A stretch of DNA of 64,000 bases from Microbotryum violaceum. Taxonomy: Eukaryota. Positions 1 through 11,673 of this stretch are shown here, piece by piece. The stretch's first letter is position 1; each line of letters starts with the position of its first letter. The notes beneath the pieces were generated by a model that was not told where the DNA came from, did no database searches, and saw only the letters and a program-made list of their open reading frames with translations. The position numbers were made by a program, and so were the translations under genes. The DNA is taken from the NCBI GenBank assembly GCA_001244265.2, contig CDLV01000012.1:1302001-1366000 (forward strand), in the 5' to 3' direction.

Positions 1-2681
1 GACATCGGAACGTCAGGACTCAAAAAATTGGCGTTTCCTGAAAAGATCGAGGTTCTTACCTGAATTGATTGATCGGCGTACGACGCCGGGGACACCGTCT
101 CGTGTTTCAACCCGGCCCAAGCAGGATGGGACAACTTGACGATCTCTTCCGTCTCGACGTCCCAAGCATGCTGCATCGACTTGAGCACGGCCTTGGACTG
201 CTTCGGCGTCCGCGGATGGATCGGCAACGCGAGCAACTGTCGAGCGACTGCAGGTTTGAGTAATTCCGTCGATACGAGGCGTTGGATCGCCAGGCTGAGG
301 ACGCTGGTGAACACCTCCCAAATGTCCTTCCGCAGGGTGGGGACCACAGGCGTGGTTGCTGATCGATGGCGCAGCGAAGGACGAGACGACTCGAGCGAGG
401 AAGACACGGAAGCCGGGTTGAACCCCTCGGGATCCGAGCTGGCCGACACAATTGTCGGTCGCGAAAGCCCTTCACCGCCTCCTCCGATTCGAGCCGCAGC
501 CGAAGGGCCTCGATTGAGCCCGCTCGCTGCCTTGTCCTCCGATCGAGCGATGTACGCAAGGGCAAGCAGACCACCGGTCTTGAACTCGGTCGCTCGCGCC
601 GACAAAAAAGCCATCAACTCGCCATGGGCGATACTCGCCGGGGCCATACGATACTTGCGATCGGTGCTGAGCCAATGCAAGGCCATCGCCGAGAATCCAA
701 AGGTGACGGACTTGCGCGGCATCACTTTGGACCCGAACGGCCGCGTAACGAACGACAAAAATACCTGGTTCTCCAACGACGGTCGATGCTCGCTCAACCA
801 GTGCGCGTTGAGGTACGAGTCCGACGACGTCTCGAGCAATTTGGCGAGCGGTCGAAAATCAGCTTCTAGTCGGTCGGCGTGCGTGATCTGGAACGAAAGC
901 GCGTCATCATCTCCACCGACGTTGGGTCCCTTCTCCTTGCGCAGCAACTCGTGTCGAATGGCCAAATTCGAGATGACGGCGGGGAACAATGAAGCTGAGC
1001 GCGAGTTCATCGCCCCGTACTCGACCATGTGAATGACCTCGTCCTCTGCCGAGAGTGGCACTCGGTCAATAGCCTGACTTATCGCCGCAGCGAGTAGTTC
1101 CCTCGTCGCCGGACCAAAGTGCCCTCCTCCCGACCCAGCCATCAAATCGTGATTGTTGACACGTTTGCCTCCATCGACCGGGGATCCAGCGCTCCTCGAC
1201 TGGGTGTGATGCCCTAGTGGCATGCGCTGTCGTTGAGGAGCGGCGGTCATGTCCTGCAGCGACATGAGATCGTCGGCCATGCCTTGCTTCGAACTGGTCG
1301 CGGCCCTCGTGGCCGCAGCGGCGGACTCGCCTTGCGGGAGGCGGTAGTCCATGCTGGCGTAGCTCATGCTCGAAGCCGCGACCCCGAGCACGTCGTGCCA
1401 AGCACCGGTCGAACTGAAGATGGAGTGTCGACCGCTCTCCGAAACCGACTCGGGCGGAGTCAGGGGCATCTCGTTGGCTCGCGACAATGATGTGCTGCGC
1501 GACGACGACGAAGTCGAGGTTTGATACGGTGGAATCGATGCCGAAGGCGATGATCGATCATAGATGGAGACAGCGTGACCGCGGCCCCTCGCGCGAGGTC
1601 CGCCACTGTCGGGCTGGATGGGTGGGGAAGGCAGAGCCTGCAAGCGTCGAGGCAGCGACGTTGGCGGCGACTGCGACATGGACAACCCACCATCGTGGAA
1701 CGACGACGTCGTCGAAAAGGGTGAAGCGGGAGCCGAGACGGCGTTCGTCGACGAAGCCGAGCTCATGCTGATTGGAGAGGGGCCAGCCCCAGGGCTCGAA
1801 GACGGAAATGGGAAATCGCCTTGCAATCGAGGCGAAATCAAGTCAAAGCCAAAACCAGCTCCAGAGCTCCAGTAGTCGTCCGAGGTGATGTACGAGTTGC
1901 TCAGCGGTGACGGGAGCGTCGGCACGTAGTCTTTGCGGTTCGCCGAGCCGCCGGACGAGACTGCACCGGGCATGTCGACCTGCCGCCTGCTCGACTCGAC
2001 AACCGGGATGGGACTGAATTTACGCTCTACGTTCTGCCGCGTATGGCCGTCGTCAAGTTTGGGTGTCCGACTAGAGTCGGTACCGGATCTTGCGGACGAT
2101 GCATGCGGTGTATCGGCGTCCAGGCGAGAAAATGTCGCCGTCGTCGGCGTGACCGAAGACCCATGACGGTTCCCGACGAGTCCGAAGTTGTTGATCGTCG
2201 CCGTCATGGCCGAGAGACAAGCCTCCGAGTCGGTAAACGATGTCGCAGAGGATTGTGGCATGGGGATCTTGAGAGCCTGGATCGTTGCCGAGGCCTTGCG
2301 ATACCTGGTCGGACTCGACCCCGGCGTCACGGACGGCGACGACTTCATCGAAGACGGGCTCATGGCCCCATCCCCGACGACCGTTTCGGAACTCGTCCCT
2401 CGGCTAGGTCTCCGTCTCGAGATTGCCGACCGCCGACCCGCCTTCGCTGACGAAACTTGTGATCTTCGCGCTGCGATCGTGTCCTGGTTCGAATCAAAAG
2501 AGAGCGGCACATCTTGGTCGTACTCTTCCTCGTCCTCCCCATCGCTTCCGTTCGCGTCGCAGATGCCGAGATGGGAGATAGGAGCTGTGATCGATTCCGA
2601 GTAAGGTACAGCCGAAGTCGACGGAACGGGGCTCGGCATGTCGATCGCTCGCGATCTCGTCGGGCTGGATGAAGACGGCAT
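1..2681 (-). CDS. Large protein with a Ser/Pro-rich N-terminus and a C-terminal SAM-dependent methyltransferase-like (SABATH/Methyltransf_7-like) domain; 3' end is outside the window
   Basis: Minus frame translated by hand at its start, middle and end. It is absent from the ORF track, consistent with no stop in the window. It reads ...VIHMVEYGAMNSRS...FGFSAMALHWLSTDR...FLSARATEFKTGGLL...LSHPAW. Intron donor GTAAGA near 59. Upstream intron-like segments (~2717-2778 and ~3187) make the start uncertain. Confidence 0.65.
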   Translation of the reverse strand, partial: MPSSSSPTRSRAIDMPSPVPSTSAVPYSESITAPISHLGICDANGSDGEDEEEYDQDVPLSFDSNQDTIAARRSQVSSAKAGRRSAISRRRPSRGTSSETVVGDGAMSPSSMKSSPSVTPGSSPTRYRKASATIQALKIPMPQSSATSFTDSEACLSAMTATINNFGLVGNRHGSSVTPTTATFSRLDADTPHASSARSGTDSSRTPKLDDGHTRQNVERKFSPIPVVESSRRQVDMPGAVSSGGSANRKDYVPTLPSPLSNSYITSDDYWSSGAGFGFDLISPRLQGDFPFPSSSPGAGPSPISMSSASSTNAVSAPASPFSTTSSFHDGGLSMSQSPPTSLPRRLQALPSPPIQPDSGGPRARGRGHAVSIYDRSSPSASIPPYQTSTSSSSRSTSLSRANEMPLTPPESVSESGRHSIFSSTGAWHDVLGVAASSMSYASMDYRLPQGESAAAATRAATSSKQGMADDLMSLQDMTAAPQRQRMPLGHHTQSRSAGSPVDGGKRVNNHDLMAGSGGGHFGPATRELLAAAISQAIDRVPLSAEDEVIHMVEYGAMNSRSASLFPAVISNLAIRHELLRKEKGPNVGGDDDALSFQITHADRLEADFRPLAKLLETSSDSYLNAHWLSEHRPSLENQVFLSFVTRPFGSKVMPRKSVTFGFSAMALHWLSTDRKYRMAPASIAHGELMAFLSARATEFKTGGLLALAYIARSEDKAASGLNRGPSAAARIGGGGEGLSRPTIVSASSDPEGFNPASVSSSLESSRPSLRHRSATTPVVPTLRKDIWEVFTSVLSLAIQRLVSTELLKPAVARQLLALPIHPRTPKQSKAVLKSMQHAWDVETEEIVKLSHPAWAGLKHETVSPASYADQSIQVRTSIFSGNANFLSPDVPM

Positions 2682-4311
2682 CACCCGGTCCAACACGTGT
2701 TGCAACGATTCGATTCTGTAGCAACAGGAGAAGAACGAGACCAGAAACAGTTCAGTGTCTCGAGTTCCGAGATCTTACCCCACACCCGAAGCGAGGCGTT
2801 CGGAGGTCGCGTGGTGGTGGTGGGTGTTCGGTCTCGCTACGAGTGCTCAGGAGAGCCTCCCTCCTCCCTCCCTGCCGCTCGATGGATGGAGCCTTGCGGC
2901 CGGTCCGAGTCCCGGTGAACTCACATCCGAGTGATCGCACTGCGTTGCCGTCCCCGGTCTCTAAGTGACGATGGATCTTGGATCCGTCAATCTGGTCCGA
3001 TGTGTCCTTCTTGATGGATCGATGGTCGATGCAATGCCAGTCACCCTCGGCCTTTGTAAGTCAACGCTCTTGGCGCAACGAACCTCCGATCGAATAGGCC
3101 TCAAGTTCCTTGAGCCTTGGGAGCCGAGCAACCGGTCAACAGCAGCACACCAGAGACTAGCAGACCCCAAGCTGTTGTCTACTCACCTTTCCTTTACGAC
3201 GGTGTCACACCGTGGTGACCGTGGATGACTTGGGGGAGTCGTCGCACCGGACGTTCGTCTGAGCGCCAGCGAGCCGACACCGGCGAAGCAAGAGGCAACG
3301 AGCTTGATCACACGCAGTCTGGCGAACGGCGCCCGAGGCGGCAGGCCCGGGCTGAGATCTCGTCGAGTCTCTGCGCTCTGATCGATCTAAAACTGACACA
3401 GGGGTGTCGTCGTTTTTCTGTCGATACGGTTGCGTTCGACGGGTGGGGAGGGGCATGCGAGCCACGATGAGTTGTTGATCAGTTTGTGGGTCTCGTGAAG
3501 GAGACCCGAACTCAAAGACTAGTGTGTTGATGCTGCGACTCGAGGCCCGCAGCGGGGAACTGAAAAACGACTCCGAAGTCGAGCTTGTTTGATCGGCATT
3601 TGTTTCTTCAATTTCTTCAACTCGCTTCGCTCGGCAAAGCAGGTTCCAAATGAAGCGGACCCAATTCGTGGCTGACAGGGTCGCAGCGCGCCGGCCTGCC
3701 AACCGCCGCGCGTCGTTTTTGGCCCGGCGATAAGATGGAGAATGGAAGACCGATTCAGAAAGAAGCTTTATTCTTTCATAGTAGTCAATCGAGCGCCCGA
3801 AGTTCTGCATACGGGATAGCGAAAGTTGAAACGTAAGAAAATGAGGCTGACTTCCGACCTGTGTCTCCGAGAGGGACGGAGCTTCGGAAGACCGCGCCTC
3901 GCCGATCGACGATCGTTGCGCAGGCGGGACACCGCCACCGGCTTCGAAGGAGTCAAGTTCCTTCGAGACACAGCCGGAGACCTAACATGTCGACGAAACC
4001 ATGTTCAGGACTGGCTTCAGCACGACTCCGCAGCACAAGCGACATGCCCAATTACCGTCGCTCGATGGCTTGCTGGCCCGACCGAGCGATTGAAACAACT
4101 CCGAAATTAGGAGAATTTGGGGGTCGTACTCTCTGCTATGGCTCCTTTTTGGCAGAAAGCCAAGTATTCCTCCCTCCTCCCAGATGCAGCATCGACGTCG
4201 TTACAACCAAGACTGAGGAGTGAGAGATGAAAGCCCCTGCTGGAACACCTGTTAAAGAATCTAGGGGGCCCCATTGCTCGGACCAACCACCGCTCCCACT
4301 TATTTTCGAAC

Positions 4312-4402
4312 TATTTTGGTGGTTTTGTGAATGTGAGGGCTGCAGTGGCTTTGACTTTACATAAGTCTAACTCTCCTTTTTAAGAAAGATTGATTCTGCG
4401 TA
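4312..4402. repeat. Dispersed degenerate repeat fragment related to 36442-36540
   Basis: tattttggtggttttgtgaatgtgagggctgca...gactttacataagtctaac aligns by eye with tatcttggtggtcctgtgaatgtaagggctgca...gactttgcacaagtctaac. Confidence 0.65.
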
Positions 4403-5395
4403 AATAATCGAATATGTGAAATCTAATCAGGCTTGATACAACAAAAAAAAAGTCCGAACGCGCGCCCGTTGTTCCAAAATAGGCACACCTAATCGCGCGC
4501 TAGTGCGAAGCTAATGCAACGACTTTCCTTCTTGACACGCTAAGAATGATACACCTCGACGAACCCTGCACAGCCGAGCCGATACCGTTTTTTTCTGAAC
4601 TGCTTCTTTCTTTATCGCCGCGCGACTACTACTCTTCGTTAGAAGTAGTGGTAACTTAATTACAGGGTGCTCGGAGTTGCCCGTCGCTTGAAGTTTTTGG
4701 TTGCCGATCAGGCACTAGCGTAGTTGCCGCTGTAGACGTGTGATTTGTTGCAATTGTGGATACCTCTTTCTTTCTGGCTTCGAACCCGTTATCGGCTCCA
4801 AACACCCGTAAAACACGCCTGCATCTACCGTAGCAAGTCTCGGCATAAAACCATTCGTCGGCGAACTCATCCCACCGGCGACCGGTCTATAGTAGTCTCC
4901 CCCTCCCCCGATACCACCCTCAAAAGCGTCCCCTTCGAATACACCAGGTCCTATTGGTTCAACGGTACTACCACACCGCCATGAACATGAACTCGACTTT
5001 CCCTCTAGATTATTGTTATCTGATCGGCCCTAACCCCTGAACAACGAACGCTTCTCTCCTGATTGCCACCTCCTCTCTCGTCTTTCAATCTCTTGCTTCG
5101 CTCATTCTCAGCTCTCAGTAGTAGTGAACGGTCCCCAAGTCTCCAAGCGAGATCGACGTACAGCGCTCGCTGGTGAAAGGTATTGTTCGCCCGTGTTCGA
5201 TTATGTTTTGCAGAGACGAGGACAAGAAGGAAAAAGGGAAAGAATACATCCAGAAAAGAATGGAGAAGGGAAGCTCCTGAGTGGTGGTAGGTGGGTGATG
5301 GTGTCGACATCAAAAAAACGTCGGTGGTTTGTATCTGCTGCAAGAATGGCATGGCCTGTAATACGTGATTCGTGATTTTTTCGACTCCCGGTGTT

Positions 5396-6472
5396 TTAAG
5401 CGGGTACGAGTGCCGGTGGCGGTGGTGGCGGCGAGTTGTTCTCCGGCAGAAGCGGCGAGATGGGTTTGTTGTTTTCTGCGAATAACCTGCAGAGATGAAT
5501 TTAAAGCGAAGGTGTTAGCTCCTGGAGTGGATCAAAGCACCGGAGACCGAATCCCGGGTCTGAGGCACGGTGAAAAGCTGACCTTCCGACCAAGACGCCG
5601 ACGCCTTCAAAGACACCCAAAAGGATCGCACAACCGATCGCACCACCCAACATTCCCTTGGGACCACCTGCAAAGACATTCAAAAGCATGACATCGATGA
5701 GTCCACACCCTCCACGCACCGCGGTCGGGCCAAAGCTCGAGGATCGACTCACTTCGAACGGCCAACGTTCCACCGGTCAAGAAGCCCGAAATGATGGCGT
5801 TATACGGATCCTCCTTCTGTCGATAGCCTTTGACCGCGCAATCGAACGTCGAGAACAAGCCGCCCCAAACGCCAAAGTTGCCGCCGACGACGGGTGCACG
5901 GGCTTTGATGGCGCTGAGCGAACCGATCAGACGATCGCCTCGGGGCGAGTTGCGAGCACCTTTTATCCCGTGCCAGACTGTACCACCGACGGCTCCCATT
6001 GCGAAAGCACCTGGTAGTTGGAATGGAGTAAGAGAGTGAGTATGACGTCGAGTTTGGTGTGTGGTGGTATGGACCATCGTTCAAGACGAGGCTCTGAGCA
6101 ATGAGCAAGCCGCGACTGACCACCAAAGTCATTGAGGATGACCCAAGGACTACGAGAAGCACCATGAAACGAAACACACGCATAACATCAGTTCTAAGAT
6201 CAAATTCATCGAAATCTGTCTTCTTCCCGGTTCATGACCTCCACTGCTCTCCAGTGCCTTGCTCAGCACGACGACGGAGGACGCTTGCGAAATGATCCGG
6301 CATCGCATACACACGCTCCTTATACATCTCCTTGAACGCTTACCAAGGGTCACGCGTGTGATCGCTGTCAGTTCAAAGGTAGGATTCGACGTGATCAGCC
6401 AACAGCTCCGCGAGCACCGATGCAAGAGCACCCAGTCGAGTGCGCAAAGGGAAGAACTGACTGTCGAGACAT
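5396..6472 (-). CDS. TIM17: Mitochondrial inner membrane translocase subunit Tim17 (multi-exon)
   Basis: Spliced product [45 protein letters not shown]...[39 protein letters not shown]...LVPA*, with GT-AG introns. Confidence 0.95.
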
Positions 6473-7116
6473 GGTTCAAAAGCCGATGAGTTCCAAAGTA
6501 AGACGGGGCGCTGCCGTGGCGAGGAGGTCGTGGATATAAGGGCTAGAGCTTGGTCCAACGGGTCGAGAGGGTGTGATTCTGGCTTGAGCTGATGACTTGG
6601 AGCGGACGGGCCACGGCTGATGAGTTTGGGATCGAGCAGTCTACTGAGCAGTGCGAACGTCACCACAGCCGGGCGCGAAAGCGGACAGCGCACGACCACA
6701 ATTGATATTAGTCCGGTCTGGATCGCTTCAAATGACCTCTGCTACCGAGCTCGCATCGGTCCTTTCAGTCACGCACTTCTCCGAGCTTCACGCCACCCAG
6801 CACCATCTACAAAGTCTTTTGTCTCGAACGATCTCTCCGTCAACACCAACACAGAAGCGCAAAGCATGTTCAATTCAAAAGAGGACTAAAGAAAATGTGG
6901 AACGATCCAAAAAAAAAGTATGGATGGGATCAAAAAGTTTCTACAATGTGTTGATTTGGTGAGAGATGAGTGAAAGAAAAAAGGATGATAGGAACACAAT
7001 GACAAAAGTAATCATGACCGGCTTTGAAAGTTTGGGAGGAGCCACTCGAAAAGTCCCGAAGGAATCGAAGAGGGAGGAGGGAGGGGAGGAACTCGAATCT
7101 TAGGTAGGAAGAAAGT

Positions 7117-8569
7117 TTAAACGTCCAATCCGACGAGAATGTAGGCAGGGTTGGCGGTGAACGGGCCCGAGGTGATCGTGCCACCAACGTACAAAAGCTG
7201 GTGGATCAGCTCGCCGAGATCGGGCGAGTTCTTCTCCAGGCACATGACAACGCCGGTGCACGCCAACTCGTCCTCAGCCTTCTCCAAGACACCGCACACG
7301 CTCTCGCGCATGTTGACGTCCTGGTACGAGCCACCGACGACGTACAAGGTCCTCGTGCCGGCGTCGGGGTTCTCCAACACGGCACCTTTCCACGCCGAAG
7401 AGAACTCGCTAAGATCGACCGACGAGTGCGGCAACGTTTGGGCCGGCGACGAGGTCGGGAACACGAGCGACAGAACGTCGACCACGCGAGCGGCGGGGCA
7501 GGTGGCGGTGTTGACCGAGAGGGAGTGAGACTCGGTGGAATCATGCGACGAACGCGGGCTCAACAAGGGCTTGATGGGCTTGCTGGGCGAGTTGAGCGCG
7601 GCCTGGAGGGGGTTCAGGAACGTCGACGTCGACTTGGTGCTCAGGATCGAAGGCGCACGAGCGGATTCGGGCGAGGACGAAGTGGGGTAGATCGAGTTGT
7701 AGGCGGGGGGAGGGGACGAGTTGGCCGACGAGCAGGGCGTGCCGAGCGACGACGACGAATCGTTACGGGGGCGGGACGAAGTAGGCTGGTGGGATCCAAG
7801 GGAGAGGAGGGCGGTCGAAAGCTTCAAAGCGGTAATGGGGACTGATGGCGAAATAGAAGATGCGGAAGAAATGGATGCAGAAGAAGTAGAGCGTAGGGTA
7901 CCTGGCCAAGGTCGCGATCGAAAGAGGAGCGTGTCAGCGGACGGTACCTACTCAAAGCGCAGTTGTAGATGGATGTCTTGACTCACCTGTCACGTACGCC
8001 TGCGCACCTCCGGACGAGCCGGTAGGCATTTCATCATATAGGACGTCAGGGCCACTGTGGGGGCGGGTCACACAGGGTAGCGTAGAAGGGGGCCTTGGCT
8101 GCCAGTCCGAAAGCGGCTTCGGTCGTGGCGTGGGCGGCGTGGAGCTTGTCGTGCGACTTCATGCTCGTAGCGAGGTGAGTGTTGGTGATCGCCCCATCCT
8201 GGTGGCCGCTGACCTTGGGGCGTATACTGTAAAAAGAAATGAGCGAGGTAGGTTGAGTAAGTCAGCAACCACTTGACTAGATGTGACGCGAGTTTCGGCC
8301 TCGGTCTAGGGGGAGTCAAGCTGCCGGCGGGGGCCGAGTCACGCGCCTCGGACCGGCAGCCAGGCCCAGCAGCGCGGGAGGGTCGGCGTTGTGGAACGTG
8401 GGCGAATTCGGGTGCGCGCGCCGCCCGCCAGCGTAGGCAGCGAAGACGCATCGGCCGTGGCGGTGGGTGGCGAACACCGTCCGTCGCGTGACAGTACAAA
8501 CACCCCTCCATCGGTCTCGAATGCAGTCACTCACTTCGATTGTTGATTTGAATTACTTGAATTCGCCAT
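7117..8569 (-). CDS. OAZ1: Ornithine decarboxylase antizyme, two ORFs joined by a +1 programmed frameshift
   Basis: C-terminal antizyme domain MRESVCGVLEKAEDELACTGVVMCLEKNSPDLGELIHQLLYVGG. ORF1 starts at ATG 8569, has intron 8534-8227 and ends TGG-CCC-TGA at 8046. The +1 frame splices across intron 7986-7902 in phase into the 7117-7827 ORF. Confidence 0.92.
8045..8054 (-). promoter_or_regulatory. +1 ribosomal frameshift site UGG-CCC-UGA-C
   Basis: ORF1 stop followed by a +1 frame (GAC GTC CTA...) continuous with the antizyme domain, as is typical of antizyme genes. Confidence 0.88.
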
Positions 8570-9041
8570 TTGCTAGGACGCAATGGGGGGCTGCGAGTGG
8601 CTGTACGACGAGGAAGACGAGGCAACCACGGACGTCAGCTTGGCCGTCCAGGCCTTAGCAAGCGGCCGGGCGGGGGGGCGCGCGGGCCCTTTCCGACTGA
8701 CCAGATGAGGGTAGCAACGTAGGTAGCTTGCGAGGGTGGTTGCTGAGCAACGATGGCGAGCTTCCGTTGGAAAGCTGGGGGAGTTGGGTTTGATGCGAGT
8801 TGAAGGAGAGGAAGCAGCTGGCCTGGTAGTGGCGCGTTGCGTGAGCCTTCGCTCGCTCAATGGCGCTAGATGGCGCTGTCGCGAATCGTAGCTCTTCGCG
8901 GGCGTAATGCGCTTTTCCAAGACTAATCGCGCAATTGCGCAACCGATGAGCTCGGACCTCTTGTCCTTTTGAGCTTGCGGAGGCCACTCTGGACCTCCGG
9001 TCCCTATACACTCCCCCTCTCCTCCGCCTAATTCGGCCCCC

Positions 9042-10782
9042 ATGACGCTCGTGGTCAGGATACGATCTGGAACTTGCTCTCCACTGGTTCGGACGCTGTC
9101 GTGGACATGTCGTCACCCCATCCAAGGCAGATCCTACGCGACGGACAAGGTGAGCGAGCAACCATCATTCATTCCCCCCACCTCCACATCCCCGCTGACC
9201 TGCAGTCACTCCATCCCCAGCCAACCCATCTCCACGTCTCAGGAAAAGATCACCCTACGGACAACTGGACGAACGTCACACCCACGATTCTGTCCAAAGT
9301 GGACCGCAACCTGCACCTCGTGCCCAACCATCCCCTCTCAATCTTACGCCAAAAGATCGAAGCTCACTTTAGCTCTCTCAAACCCGTCAACACCTTGTCC
9401 CCGATCGTCTCGGTCCAACAAAACTTTGACGACCTCGGTTTCCCCCTCGATCATCCCGGTCGGTCGCTGACGGACTCGTACTACCTCAACAAGGAAACCA
9501 TGTTGCGGACCCATACCTCGGCACACGAGGTCGAACTTTTTCGAAAAGGGTTGCAGAGGTTCCTGCTCACCGCGGACGTGTACAGGAGGGACGAAATTGA
9601 TCGATCGCATTACCCCGTCTTTCATCAAGTTGAAGGGTGCAACATCCTAACGTCCAGGGACGAGTTGCCCCGCTTGGAGAAGGAGAATGAAGCGATGCGA
9701 CAACACCTCGCTTCCTCTAATATCGTCATCGTTGATCCCACCAAAGAGGATACACCCTCGAACCCGAAACAGGCCGAGCACACGCTCGACGAAGCACGCA
9801 TCATGTCCGAGCACTTGAAGAACTCGCTCAACTCGTTGGTTCTGTCCTTGTTTGGCGGGCTGAGAAAGGGTGGGGAGGAGGAACCGTTGCAAGTGAGGTG
9901 GATCGAGGCGACGTTCCCTTGGACCGCACCGAGTTATGAGGTCGAGGTTCTGTACGATGGCAAATGGTTGGAGATTCTCGGGTGTGGTGTCGTCCGACAG
10001 CAGGCTTTGGATCGATCGGGTCAGTTGCAGGATCGGAACTGGCATTCAGGGGCTTCGCTGTCCTCATTCGCTCATCCACTATGGCTTTGCTCGCTCTTCT
10101 TCCCCGGTCAGGCGTGCTCGAGAAGCTCGGTTGGGCGTTTGGCCTCGGTCTCGAACGTATCGCCATGGTGCTTTTCTCTATTCCAGACATCCGTCTGTTT
10201 TGGACGCAAGACGAGCGCTTCCTCTCCCAATTCGTAAACGGCCGCATCACGACCTTCAAACCCTACTCCAAGTATCCGGAATGTTACAAGGATTTCTCCT
10301 TTTGGATCCCTAAGCAGACCGAGGGGAAGAGTGAAGAAGGGATCAAGGCCTGGCATGAGAATGATTTTTGTGAGATTGTTAGGGAAGTTGCGGGAGATTG
10401 GGTCGAAGGGGTACAATCGGTGAGTTTTTTTCTAGCTTCTCGAGGGGATGACTCTGGTACAGCTCCTGTAAGGGCTGTCATTTTGTTGATGACTGCTTTT
10501 TTCGCACTTTCTCTTATTAGATCGACGAGTTCGTGCATCCCAAGACGGGGAGAAGGAGCGTGTGCTATCGGTTGAACTACCGCTCGATGGATAGGTGAGT
10601 CGCGTGAGAGAAAGGAGTTCAACTTGATTTGCTATAGACGAAAGCCCAGAAAGTGATGAGTCACCCTGACCCCAAATTCACTGTCTTCAAAACAAAGGTC
10701 CCTCTCGAACGAGGAGGTGAACGAGCTTCAAAGCAAGGTCGTGGAAAAGGTCGTGAGGGAGATGGGCATCGAGGTGCGGTAG
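9042..10782 (+). CDS. MSF1: Mitochondrial phenylalanyl-tRNA synthetase (multi-exon)
   Basis: Arg/Ser-rich presequence, then HPGRSLTDSYY, LRTHTSAHE, DVYRRDEIDRSHYPVFHQVEG, WLEILGCG, GWAFGLGLERIAM and an FDX-ACB tail ending MGIEVR*. Confidence 0.95.
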
Positions 10783-11673
10783 CGGCAGCGGTGGGGCCGG
10801 ACCAAGTTTGGTACCGACGAGAATGCAGTGGACCATCACCTCTCTATTTGTTCGAGTGCAAAGGGGATAATGCAGAGCTGAAGAAGCCGATGAGACCGAT
10901 CCTGCGGAAATGGAGCAATCTGGGCGCGGGGTACGATCCCCGTTACGAGCAGTGATTAGCCCCTTTTCGACGAGGCCTCACCTTGCCCGATCAATACGTA
11001 TCCCCATGAGCCGGGCTTGCCGTTGTGTGCTAAATAGGCCCTCTGGATTGATTATCCTGAAGCTTCATTGTAGAAGTGGAACCGAGTTTGTAGTATAACT
11101 GTCCTCGTATTGGAACTCTAGCGCCGACTCCGAGTCGCTCAGGGCAATTCGAGAAGAGCTACAAAATGAGATTAGCGGGTTTTCCACCTCTCTACTTTTC
11201 TTGTACTTGCACTGGCAACATCCTTTCTCTCAAGCCATGCATGTTGTAAAGCTTGCCCCGATCTAGATCAAGTCGGCCCCCAAGCCCCACACTACAGGCA
11301 CTTGTTCGGCCACAAACGTCGATCGGGCGCACTGGACGCGCGAGAGTCGCGGGGGGGCGCTTTCTGGCGCCGACGCCTGCATCGACTCTTGTCTCACACC
11401 ACACCACACCCTGCGCGAGAGGGAGGAGACGGGGGAAAGAGGAGTCTCCTTGATCCGGTACACACTCAGTCAAGAGTCCCTGGGTCGCCCTGCCCCGCCT
11501 CGACCGCTATCAGCTGCCGGCTGGGGGCTCTCGCTGTACGACCGCCTCGTCGTCCAGTCGCGTGGGCTCGGATTGCCTTTACGGATATCGTCTTGCCCGA
11601 ATCGGACGAGCAAACCGACTCGGCAAAATTCGAGGCACACCACTAACCCACCTCCAAAAAAACACTCGGAACG

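Noticed and set aside
136-1032. 298-aa plus-strand ORF and similar long antisense ORFs (e.g. 28282-29706, 7201-7845)
   Set aside because: Shadow frames of real GC-rich genes on the opposite strand.
4441-4600. Segment bounded by A and T runs with an Sm-site-like ATTTTGG on the minus strand, possible snRNA
   Set aside because: No diagnostic U1, U2, U4 or U5 motif found. It would need an Rfam/Infernal search.
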